DNA of 64,000 bases from a virus (lineage: Duplodnaviria; Caudoviricetes). Position 1 is the stretch's first letter. Every line of letters starts with the position of its first letter. Location of the stretch: positions 96,001 through 160,000 of the IMG/VR virus record IMGVR_UViG_3300031760_000002; one strand, given 5' to 3'. This document shows positions 20,210 through 28,867 of this stretch, in pieces. The translations under genes and the position numbers were made by a program. A model generated the notes under the pieces. That model saw only the letters and a program-made list of their open reading frames with translations, did not search any database and had not been told where the DNA came from.

Positions 20210-20937
20210 TACATGTTCCTCTGGTAGGATCCCGTCTGGTAGTTCCAGCCATACCTAGGCATGGCCTCCATATACTGTCTTTTCTCGGCGTAGCTTCCTG
20301 GCGCGGCCTTTGCATCCGGGTTGAACTGCTGCTGCTGTCTATAATCGTACAGCTGGCCTCGGAGATAATTGCCGCGTTCGGCCGGAGAAAGCCTGTCCCA
20401 GTCGCTCCTGCCCATGTACGCCTCGAGATTGTTGAAATTGGCATCGTTGTACGCTGCCCGCATTCCCGCCCTGGTAAGGACCGTCTTGCCGACCGGAAGT
20501 CCCGTTGCGGCTTGAAGACCGAACCTGCCGGCCCCGTATACCGCCCTTCCGAACCGTGTCGCGTTCAATGCATTTTTGGCGGCGATCGCATTTTTTCCGA
20601 CCCTGGTCGCCGCCAACGCGCCCTTGGTTCCGGCCAGCGCACTCCTTATCGCCGTTCCGCCTATTCCGAAAGACAGCAGATCGGCTATGCCGCTTCCTAT
20701 GCCAAGGCCAAGATTGCCGAGGCCGGACCATATATGCCCGTTTGCAAGAGACTTTATGCCATCGCCTATAGACAACGCAGAACCGAGTATCGGGGTTGCG
20801 TACATTGCGGTCTGGCCGAGTGCGCCTCCAAGACTCTTTGCTGCCGGAAGAACGGTATCGGCCTCCTTTCGGAGACCGGCCGTCTTCACGATGTAAGAGT
20901 CTATCTTTCTTTCAAGCGCGCATGTATTCACCGTCAA
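20209..20937 (-). CDS. hypothetical virion protein (paralog A)
   Basis: VKTAG/RKEAD at the N-terminus, amphipathic Gly-rich helices. Confidence 0.6.
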   Translation of the reverse strand: MTVNTCALERKIDSYIVKTAGLRKEADTVLPAAKSLGGALGQTAMYATPILGSALSIGDGIKSLANGHIWSGLGNLGLGIGSGIADLLSFGIGGTAIRSALAGTKGALAATRVGKNAIAAKNALNATRFGRAVYGAGRFGLQAATGLPVGKTVLTRAGMRAAYNDANFNNLEAYMGRSDWDRLSPAERGNYLRGQLYDYRQQQQFNPDAKAAPGSYAEKRQYMEAMPRYGWNYQTGSYQRNM

Positions 20938-21848
20938 CCCCCGTTTTCAGAAAGATACTCGTTAAGGGCCTGCCGCATAAGATCCCCCCTCTGCTGCGGC
21001 GTCATGGAATTCCAGTCGCCATGGCCTTGCGCCGACTTCGCGTCATTGGTGATCTTTTCGAAGTTGTTCGGATCGACCTTTTCCGGAATTATATACGGCG
21101 ATGCAATGGACGCGGCCATATCGGCAGCTATAAGCTTTCCGCTGTTCCTGGCGGCCCAGCCTATCGGCCCTCCCATGGTCCTCGCACGTTCAAACGGACG
21201 TACGACGCCGTTGAACACGCCGCCCGGGAAATGGCGGAGGAACGGCGTGAACAACGCCGCCCTGCCGAAGTTTACGGCGGCACTTCCGTAATTTCCCTCT
21301 CGAATGTTGTCTATGCCCTCCCCGACATCGCCGGCTATGAACACCGGATCGGCCATGGCCAGGGCCTTGGTACCATACCTCTTCAGCATGGACGCGGATG
21401 CAAGCGATCTGTTTCCGAACGCCTGCTGAACGTCCCTCAACGTCGAAAGGTTCCTCTCTGCTACGGCGCGATCAGCTCCAGAAAGGCCGCGTGCCCTGCG
21501 CTCTCCGGCCTCTATGGCCTTTTCGACCATGTCCTGGCGACTCCTGTTGAGGTACGCCGTTTCACCGCCCTTAAGTTCCTTCCTAAGGCCCTTCAGCTCT
21601 GAAAACCGGCCTTGATCCATCCTTGGGCCGGCGGACGCGAACTCGTGCTCAAGCTCCGCAAGCCTCCTGGATTTCATGGCAGCGTCGGCCCTGCTGGCCC
21701 TGAACTGGGACGCGAGCTCGGGACTTTCCCTCAGGGCCGCGCGTATCTTCGACGCATTGGCACTGGACCTCGACAGCCTTCCAGACCTCGAGAAGATCTT
21801 CAATATCCTTGAGCCAAGGGACGAAAATGGCAATGCTTCCTTATACAT
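20934..21848 (-). CDS. hypothetical virion protein (paralog B)
   Basis: starts MYKEA; shares two motifs with 20209..20937. Confidence 0.6.
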   Translation of the reverse strand: MYKEALPFSSLGSRILKIFSRSGRLSRSSANASKIRAALRESPELASQFRASRADAAMKSRRLAELEHEFASAGPRMDQGRFSELKGLRKELKGGETAYLNRSRQDMVEKAIEAGERRARGLSGADRAVAERNLSTLRDVQQAFGNRSLASASMLKRYGTKALAMADPVFIAGDVGEGIDNIREGNYGSAAVNFGRAALFTPFLRHFPGGVFNGVVRPFERARTMGGPIGWAARNSGKLIAADMAASIASPYIIPEKVDPNNFEKITNDAKSAQGHGDWNSMTPQQRGDLMRQALNEYLSENGG

Positions 21849-23562
21849 TTGCGGCCTCTAACGCCTTTGCCAGGCGATCCCTGTACTCTTCCGGTATGAC
21901 GCCGTCCAGATCTTCGTCGAATTCCACAACAACCTTTTTGTCTTCCTGCGGCTTGCCCTTTCTCCTTGGCATATCTTCCTTGATCCGGTTTATGGCGTCT
22001 ATGACTTCCTTGTTGGAATTGTCCTTCACCGTTTTCAGCCTGGAGGACAGGGCCAGCAGGTCGTTCAACGACGCCGTCTTCTGTACGCCGGAACCGGGAA
22101 ACGCGGACCCGTCAAGCCTGGTCCAGCCGCCTTTGGAAAAATCGTATCTTGACAGCATGTCGTTTATCGCCTCCGGGCTTACGCCAAGTTCGCTAAGCAT
22201 GCTGCCAGCTACCCTTTTCCTTCCGGATGCCGTGTTATTGGCGTACCACCCGACGATTCGCTTGACTAGAGGTCCTATCAACGGAATGGACGCAAGGGTG
22301 GAAAGAAACCCGCTGCCGTTGTGCAGGCCGGCTATCCGCTCGTCCGCCTTCATCCTGACGAGATCCCTGTTGCGCTCCTGCCCAAGAAGCTCGAACCATT
22401 CCTCCGGATTGTTGCGCGCGAGCTGCATGACATGCGACTTTACAGCGTCCTGGTACATCTCGGGGTTCTTCTGGTACGCGTGCAGGGACGGCCCGTACTT
22501 GAACAGGGTCGACATGGGCATCGAAAAATCGCTGTCGTCCCTCTTCAGGCCCTGTGTCTTCGCATATTGGTCCAGGATGTACTGCTTTCCGCCCTTCGCG
22601 TTCGCGATATCGTTCAGGAACCCGTAGTCTATGTCGCTACCGGCCATCTTGCTCATCGGAAGCGAGTCCGCTATGCAGTCGCGAAGTATTCCGACCGTGG
22701 CCAGCATCTGCTCCGGCTCGATTTCGCGTTCGAACGACCCGGACTTGAACAGGATCCTCGTCTTCTGCTCCGGCTCCTCCTCCTTCTTGGAGAAACGCTC
22801 CTCCAGCAGCTTCTTGACGATGTAGGCCGCGCCGCCCGTGGCCAGTATGTACGAGGCAAGGGCCGCACCGCCTATGTTCCTCGTCGTCCTTGAAATACCG
22901 CCAGGAAGGGACACTATGTCCGTGATTACGCCAGCGGACTTCTCGAACTCCTCCACCGAATCGTCCCCGAACATGAAAAGATCGGAAAACGCCTCCGCCG
23001 CCTTCAGCCTTCCGCCGCTGAGAAGCTGCACGTATTCGCGCTGCGCCGCGTCGACCTGCTTCTTCAGCCTCTTCTGCTCGAGTTTTTCGGCTATTTTCGA
23101 TACGACGACGTACCCGGCGACACCGCCTCCGATGGCGGACAGTATGTTGCCCGCCTGGTCCATCGGGCCCGACAGGAACGCCCTTTTCTCGGAGCCCATC
23201 GTGGAGTCAAGGCTCGTGTACTGGCCGTTCGTCTTCCTGGGCTGCCCGAACACCGGCCAGATCTCGCCGTCGACGGAGGATTCAACCTTGCATACCTTGT
23301 CGTGGCTGTCGCAGGATTCCTGGCAGGATCCGTCCTCGGCCGTCTTCCTGTTCTTGCCGATCGTGAGAACGATCGTATTCGGACCGATCTTGTCCGATAC
23401 GCGCTCCTCCTCCTTCTTCTTCTGCCTCCTGGCTTCCGCAACCTGCCTTATCAGCGCAACCAGGGCAGCCGCACCGGCGCCTACCGCAAACGCGTCGGCA
23501 CCATGGTACAGCATGCTCCCCATGTTCTGGCCCTCTTTACGCATTGTCGCCATCCTTTCCAT
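21841..23562 (-). CDS. hypothetical virion protein with repeated K-x-A plus hydrophobic-helix modules
   Basis: RKTAE, EKRAF, EKSAG, SKMAG, QKTAS; three hydrophobic helices. Confidence 0.65.
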   Translation of the reverse strand: MERMATMRKEGQNMGSMLYHGADAFAVGAGAAALVALIRQVAEARRQKKKEEERVSDKIGPNTIVLTIGKNRKTAEDGSCQESCDSHDKVCKVESSVDGEIWPVFGQPRKTNGQYTSLDSTMGSEKRAFLSGPMDQAGNILSAIGGGVAGYVVVSKIAEKLEQKRLKKQVDAAQREYVQLLSGGRLKAAEAFSDLFMFGDDSVEEFEKSAGVITDIVSLPGGISRTTRNIGGAALASYILATGGAAYIVKKLLEERFSKKEEEPEQKTRILFKSGSFEREIEPEQMLATVGILRDCIADSLPMSKMAGSDIDYGFLNDIANAKGGKQYILDQYAKTQGLKRDDSDFSMPMSTLFKYGPSLHAYQKNPEMYQDAVKSHVMQLARNNPEEWFELLGQERNRDLVRMKADERIAGLHNGSGFLSTLASIPLIGPLVKRIVGWYANNTASGRKRVAGSMLSELGVSPEAINDMLSRYDFSKGGWTRLDGSAFPGSGVQKTASLNDLLALSSRLKTVKDNSNKEVIDAINRIKEDMPRRKGKPQEDKKVVVEFDEDLDGVIPEEYRDRLAKALEAANV

Positions 23563-23917
23563 ACGAATTAGGCACCTTGGTGGTCGTCGACTTCTCGTTC
23601 TTCCTGAAATAGAACCACTCCATGTACCTCTTCCATGTATCGCCCATTACCTGAAGGTCGTTCCTGCATATGACACACTGCGACGCCTGCACCTTCTTGA
23701 AAAGCTCCTGCATCAGCTTCATGTACTCGAGCCTGTCAGACGACGAGGACATGTCGAATATGGCCACCTTGTAGTCCGTGACCTCGATGGGATACTTGTC
23801 GTACTTGGCCATTTCGACGCCGCGTTCTATCTCGTTCATCGGCGGAAACATGCCCGCAACGCCGCCGGACGACATATCGTACCACGGCGGCATGGCGTTC
23901 TGGATCGGATTCGTCAT
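23537..23917 (-). CDS. hypothetical protein
   Basis: 126 aa, coupled to its neighbours. Confidence 0.6.
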   Translation of the reverse strand: MTNPIQNAMPPWYDMSSGGVAGMFPPMNEIERGVEMAKYDKYPIEVTDYKVAIFDMSSSSDRLEYMKLMQELFKKVQASQCVICRNDLQVMGDTWKRYMEWFYFRKNEKSTTTKVPNSYGKDGDNA

Positions 23918-24231
23918 CTTACTACCCCCATGGCCCTTGAACTCTCGGCGGCAACGTCGTTGAAATGGTCAAGCTGCGCCTTCAGCTTCCTGGTCTTCTC
24001 CGAATCCTCCTTCAACGACGAGCTCAACGCGTACCATACGGCGCCTATCGGAGCCCCTATGAAAACGGCCGTACGAAGCGCCGTTCCCAAAAGGGACAGC
24101 GGGCCGGAATCGGCGGCCTCCTTCTGGAAAGTCGTCGGCGTAAGCCCCTCGGCGGCCAGCTTCTTGATGCCTCCGAGCCTCATTGCCTCCAGCCGTTCGC
24201 TTGGAGTAAGGAATTCGTTGATTCTGTACAT
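23914..24231 (-). CDS. small membrane-type protein with degenerate leader
   Basis: start reassigned to MYRINEF; GGIKKLAAEG...QKEA, then a hydrophobic helix. Confidence 0.6.
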   Translation of the reverse strand: MYRINEFLTPSERLEAMRLGGIKKLAAEGLTPTTFQKEAADSGPLSLLGTALRTAVFIGAPIGAVWYALSSSLKEDSEKTRKLKAQLDHFNDVAAESSRAMGVVR

Positions 24232-24596
24232 CAGTAACCTCTCAGTATCAGTCCGGGACCGACCTTCCTGTTGTACGGGTTCGGGTATCGGTCGTTGTAC
24301 ATCTTGTTCCCGTACATGGCGCCTCCGACGGTTGCAACGCCCCTCCAGAACGGATTCGCCCCCAGGTATTTGGCGGCCTGGTTGCCTATAATGCCGCCTC
24401 CAAGGACATAGGGTATCCTGGACGCCGGGGACTTTACGTCCAGGCCGGCGTTGTTTATCCTGTCGAACGCGGATCTCCGTATGTTCGGATTGGCGTTCAA
24501 GTTGGCGTTCCAACTATGCATGAAGTCCCCAACCGTCTGAACCGGTTGGAGACCCGCGATCTTCAGCAAGCCTGTAAAATCTCGTTTTCCTGTCAT
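24231..24596 (-). CDS. small Gly-zipper protein
   Basis: start reassigned to MTGKRDF...LKIAG. Confidence 0.6.
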   Translation of the reverse strand: MTGKRDFTGLLKIAGLQPVQTVGDFMHSWNANLNANPNIRRSAFDRINNAGLDVKSPASRIPYVLGGGIIGNQAAKYLGANPFWRGVATVGGAMYGNKMYNDRYPNPYNRKVGPGLILRGY

Positions 24597-25069
24597 TAGT
24601 CGGTCTTTTTCAAAACTTCCCTGTCCTTGAGGTCCACGGCTATCCCAAGCCAGTGCTGCAGACCTACGTTGTCTACAAGATACCACTGTTTGGCCGGCGA
24701 AGTCAATTCGGGCACGACTACGGTCTCGCCCGGAGAAACCAGGTTTATCCGGTCCCCGACGACGAACACGGTTGACTCCGTCCTTCCTCGTCCAATGGAC
24801 ATGCACCCGGACGGAGCAAACGCCGCGGAAGCCGCAAGGACGGCGCATATGATGGACCGTCCCTTGGACGAAAGCTCCTTCTCAAGCCTGTCAAGCTGCT
24901 TTTTCAATATGGCCACGTCGGTTACCCTCCCTTCCTCCAATGCCAGAACCAACCTCTTCTTTGTGTCCTCTATCTGGGACATGATGCGGTCGACCCGGTC
25001 CCTCCTCCTGGTGAATATGCCGGATACGAACCTGAGCAGCTCGGTTAGAAATCCTATCAAAGACGACAT
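24596..25069 (-). CDS. possible spanin/lipoprotein-like protein
   Basis: N-terminal amphipathic helix, coiled coil, internal hydrophobic stretch ending PSGC (lipobox-like). Confidence 0.4.
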   Translation of the reverse strand: MSSLIGFLTELLRFVSGIFTRRRDRVDRIMSQIEDTKKRLVLALEEGRVTDVAILKKQLDRLEKELSSKGRSIICAVLAASAAFAPSGCMSIGRGRTESTVFVVGDRINLVSPGETVVVPELTSPAKQWYLVDNVGLQHWLGIAVDLKDREVLKKTD

Positions 25070-25083
25070 CGAACACCTCCACA

Positions 25084-25578
25084 CTAAATCCCGTACGAAG
25101 ACGCGCCGTACGATCCGGTCATTCCCCTGAAGAAGCTCGCAAGGTCTTCGACGCCGGACCCGGACTGGTCCTTCGATTCCGACGGAAGCACGTCGGGGTA
25201 TTCAACGCGCAGGCCATTGATCAGCTCCACCCGCTGGCTCAGCATCTCCTTTACCTTGGATACGGGGACTGACCCCTTGGATGCCAGGAACCCGGCGGCC
25301 TCCGCCATGGACTGGAACTCCGACTCCGAGCCGTCGGTATCGTACACGACGACCTTGGTGCCCGACGCAAGCTTGTCCAGCCCGTCCATCATGCGGCGGA
25401 AATCGAACGAAGCCTTCTTCATGTCGGAATGCTTCGTCCTGGCGAAATGCTCCGCATCCTCGTCCGATATATGCTCGGCGACCTGCCGTATCTTCTTCGG
25501 GGCGTGCTTGAGCTTTCCGCGCTTGTACGCGGTTACCATTCCGAAAAGGCGCTGCTGCGATGGTGACTTGGCCGGCAT
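25084..25578 (-). CDS. DUF3008-like N-terminal domain protein
   Basis: MPAKSPSQQRLFG...AYKRG...A..IS..DAEHFARTKH. Confidence 0.65.
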   Translation of the reverse strand: MPAKSPSQQRLFGMVTAYKRGKLKHAPKKIRQVAEHISDEDAEHFARTKHSDMKKASFDFRRMMDGLDKLASGTKVVVYDTDGSESEFQSMAEAAGFLASKGSVPVSKVKEMLSQRVELINGLRVEYPDVLPSESKDQSGSGVEDLASFFRGMTGSYGASSYGI

Positions 25579-25614
25579 TTTGTACCTCTGTTCATGCGCA
25601 TTATACACAATACG

Positions 25615-26172
25615 TCACGAAATGTCATTAGATTCGTCGTTGGAATCGCCGGCGCCGCCGTAAATCCTCGCCGCCCTGATCCGCTCGGCCATTCCCCGGT
25701 CCCCGGCAAGCCTTGCATAGTCCTCCGCCGCGGCAAGGTATCCTATTGCCTTGGCCTTGTTTGAATCGATGTCCATGCCGGCGCCGGACGCATTGTCCAC
25801 CAGGGACAGCAGCAAGCCCTCGGCGTCCAGGTTGCAATCGCCGAACAGCTCTCCTATTGCGACGCGGCACATGTCCGACACCTCGGTGCATTTCAAAGCC
25901 TCGGCATGCTCCTTGGCGCACAGCAGGTTTCCAAGGCATAGAAGCTTCTCCGCCTGCCTGGATCTGTCCTCGTTGTATTCTACGAACTGCCTGTACGCGG
26001 CAGATATATGCTTAGCCAGGCAATTCCAGCATGCCAACGGGCTCTTCCCATCCCTAAGCTCGACTGGTATGTAGGCGACGTACCTCGGAGCCGGACCTGA
26101 CGATCCGGCCTCTTCGGAAAACGCCTTCGCCATGCGGGCTTCGGCCGATTTCTTGGAACAATTGCAAGACAT
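25615..26172 (-). CDS. hypothetical Cys-containing helical protein
   Basis: start MSCNC; CxxC motif. Confidence 0.55.
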   Translation of the reverse strand: MSCNCSKKSAEARMAKAFSEEAGSSGPAPRYVAYIPVELRDGKSPLACWNCLAKHISAAYRQFVEYNEDRSRQAEKLLCLGNLLCAKEHAEALKCTEVSDMCRVAIGELFGDCNLDAEGLLLSLVDNASGAGMDIDSNKAKAIGYLAAAEDYARLAGDRGMAERIRAARIYGGAGDSNDESNDIS

Positions 26173-26176
26173 GTCT

Positions 26177-27154
26177 CTACAAACCAGTTGGAATTGCAAC
26201 CTGCAGGGATACGAATCCGATCTTTCCTCCAGGAACGTTAACCCCTACACTTCCAGACCAGTCGTCGCTGGAGCTGCTGATGGTGTATGAACTTGTGACT
26301 TCATCGTCGATTCCCGCCTGAAGTCTTACCTGGTAATACCACTGCGGGTCATATTCATAATGCCCCGGCGTAGTCCTGGTCCTAGGTATCCAATGCCTAT
26401 ACCTCTCATAGTCTATGCTTTCAACGTTAAGCGATATGCTGCCAGGTTCGCTCGGCCTTATGGACGCAAAAGCGGAGGCTATGGCCGCGCATCCATGCTG
26501 CCTGGATCCGCAATATCCGTACGTAGAATTGTACTTTTGGTTGCAGGTATGCCATACGCCTCTCAAATCGGCGCCGCATACGGCTTCTGTCGAACCTGAG
26601 TCGGGCTCCGGGGCACTGATCACCTTTATAGCCCAGTCGTATGCATCGTTATAAAGGCCCTCGATGTTGCACTGGGAATCGGAACAAAGCTTCGTGCCGC
26701 TTGGAAAATTCGGGGTTGTGTACGGAGGCTTCGGACCGTTAAACCTCCTTCCGTATCTGCATTCGCAGCCGGAAAGGTCGGACGTACACGCCCACTCCTT
26801 GAAAGAATCGGAATTGGACGTAACCAACGGAGAGACGCTGGAATAGGCACCATTTATACCTACGCACGGAAACTCCAATACGATACCGGACAGCAACCGC
26901 GCCTTGCCCATGAAATTGGTAGGCCACCACTCGTAGTCGTTGTTGTCGACACTCTCCCAATCCCCGGAAGCGTCGCATTCTGGACAATATCCAGACTGGT
27001 CACGCGACACGGAATACCCTGAATTTTCGAAATTTAACGTCTTCTCTATTCCAGACGTTATTCCTAAGTCTATCGGAAGAAAATCCGATTCGGACGGAAC
27101 CGTCTGGCAGCAGCATCCGGACGATTCGCACGGACTTATGATTTTTGTCCTCAT
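26177..27154 (-). CDS. Cys/Ser-rich hypothetical (tail/baseplate-associated?) protein
   Basis: 325 aa at the end of the tail-fibre cluster. Confidence 0.5.
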   Translation of the reverse strand: MRTKIISPCESSGCCCQTVPSESDFLPIDLGITSGIEKTLNFENSGYSVSRDQSGYCPECDASGDWESVDNNDYEWWPTNFMGKARLLSGIVLEFPCVGINGAYSSVSPLVTSNSDSFKEWACTSDLSGCECRYGRRFNGPKPPYTTPNFPSGTKLCSDSQCNIEGLYNDAYDWAIKVISAPEPDSGSTEAVCGADLRGVWHTCNQKYNSTYGYCGSRQHGCAAIASAFASIRPSEPGSISLNVESIDYERYRHWIPRTRTTPGHYEYDPQWYYQVRLQAGIDDEVTSSYTISSSSDDWSGSVGVNVPGGKIGFVSLQVAIPTGL

Positions 27155-27212
27155 CCTAGTGCGTAAACCTTCCCGGCATGAGCGCCGCGACGCTCTGGAA
27201 CTGGGATGTTGT

Positions 27213-27890
27213 TCATGCTGAAAACTCCGGTGGCTTCACGCCGATTGCGGCTGCGGCTTTCACAAACGACGCATGCTCCTTCTTGAGGTCGAGACGGCCG
27301 TGTATCACAGACCACCCCGTCGGAAAGTGTATTCCGTGCTTGCCAGACGGGACATGCTGCGCGAACAAGCATCGAGACGCACGTCCGACCGGCCCCATCA
27401 TCACGCCGAAGATGTAGTCAGCCTTCCCGTTTCGAGTCCACGCATCGCAGTAGTCGAACATCGCACGCCGTGACAAAAGAGCGTAGGCGTGCGACCCCAT
27501 GAGAACCGAGCCATCCCACTCATCTTCAGATTGATCGTCGCACGGGAGCCAACCAAGCCGAAGCGCCACGTCGCCTCGATCCCTCGCAGCATCCAGTTCA
27601 GCCGGAAGGTCGGCCGCAGCACTATCACACGGAATCGCATCGTCCTCAAATACGAGAAGCGAGTCGAACCCGGCTGCAATGGCGTGGCGAACGAGTGCGT
27701 ACTGTGCGATTGCATTTCCAAGCTGGCCGTACCTGTAAATGCCGTCAGATGTCATTCCAGAGTGGAGCGACAGCCCCTTCCATTCCCGCACGGCATCAGA
27801 CGGCAGGCCGACCGCATCCCATGCCTTGCGGAACTGGGCAAGGCGGTCTGCATCGATTGACACGACGAATGCTGGTGGAAGGGCTCTCAT
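27213..27890 (-). CDS. glycosyltransferase family 25-like protein
   Basis: FVVSI..DRLAQF, GQLGNAIAQ, LLVFEDDA, GSHAYAL. Confidence 0.7.
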   Translation of the reverse strand: MRALPPAFVVSIDADRLAQFRKAWDAVGLPSDAVREWKGLSLHSGMTSDGIYRYGQLGNAIAQYALVRHAIAAGFDSLLVFEDDAIPCDSAAADLPAELDAARDRGDVALRLGWLPCDDQSEDEWDGSVLMGSHAYALLSRRAMFDYCDAWTRNGKADYIFGVMMGPVGRASRCLFAQHVPSGKHGIHFPTGWSVIHGRLDLKKEHASFVKAAAAIGVKPPEFSA

Positions 27891-28147
27891 TAGACTTGTG
27901 CGAGCACTAGGAATCCGTACGAATTGACGGACATCGAGTATTTAGTTCCGTTGATTACAATGTAGGATGCTTCGATAGTGTCTGTCGAGACTTGAACGGA
28001 TGCGGAGATAGTGTTTGCCGAGACGTTGCTGGCCGAAACATCGTTATATGCGGAGAGGCTATCGCAAGTAACTGCGCCGACGCTTCCGCTCGCGTCCTCC
28101 TTGAGCACGCTGTCGCCGAACGTGACGTTCTTGAGTTGTGTAGACAT
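27890..28147 (-). CDS. small beta-rich hypothetical protein
   Basis: 85 aa, AAGGAG RBS. Confidence 0.6.
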   Translation of the reverse strand: MSTQLKNVTFGDSVLKEDASGSVGAVTCDSLSAYNDVSASNVSANTISASVQVSTDTIEASYIVINGTKYSMSVNSYGFLVLAQV

Positions 28148-28180
28148 TTTTGTCTCCTTTTGTTGTGTTGTTAGTTAGAG

Positions 28181-28867
28181 TTATTTGTCCTGGCCTACGA
28201 TAAAGTCAGCTCCGCCTTCTTTTCCGTAAAGTTGTCCGTTCACCTTGTTGTATAGGAAGCCGGTATTTCCCTTGCGAACCGGGATCATATTGAACATCTG
28301 GGAAGTGTCGACGGTCAACTTGAACGAGAACAATCTAACCGGAAGAGAACAAACATGAAGTACTGAGCCGTCTTCTTCGCAGACGCAGAATAGACCAAAG
28401 TTTCTCATTCTGATTTTTTTTTCTGTACCGTATTTGGTCATGCCATTCCCGTCGAAATACGCAGTCGCTCGTGCGGTGTTAGCACCAAACGTATGCCTAC
28501 TAGTATCCTCTGTTCCGAAATTGAAATAACTGGATGGCATTCCAACGCCAAACGCAGACGCACCTTGCTCGCTGGTCTGGCCGTTGATGCAAGCATAGAG
28601 ATATGCTGACGCTGATCCGTAGCTATACGAGTATCCAAAACCTTCCAACTGAGTTGTAATGGAACCTCGCAGCGTGTCTAGGTATTGTACATCCAGAGTA
28701 AATGACATATGTTTACCTACACCAAAAACATTCACCGGAAGACGAAGATACGTGCCGGAGTTTGCGGATGTCTCTAGATACTCGACCTCCGCATCAAACA
28801 AAAAACTGTCCAGCATGCTGTGATGGGCCGCGATCACGATTCCGCTCCTTTCACGCCGACAAGCCAA
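28181..28867 (-). CDS. tail-fibre-associated beta-sandwich protein
   Basis: EVEYLET..., MIPVRKG.TGFLYNKVNG.LY..G..FIVG pattern seen in phage fibre accessory proteins; start uncertain. Confidence 0.5.
   Translation of the reverse strand: MACRRERSGIVIAAHHSMLDSFLFDAEVEYLETSANSGTYLRLPVNVFGVGKHMSFTLDVQYLDTLRGSITTQLEGFGYSYSYGSASAYLYACINGQTSEQGASAFGVGMPSSYFNFGTEDTSRHTFGANTARATAYFDGNGMTKYGTEKKIRMRNFGLFCVCEEDGSVLHVCSLPVRLFSFKLTVDTSQMFNMIPVRKGNTGFLYNKVNGQLYGKEGGADFIVGQDK

Noticed and set aside
27151-27372. 73-aa ORF
   Set aside because: It mostly overlaps the GT25-like gene in another frame and has no supporting features.
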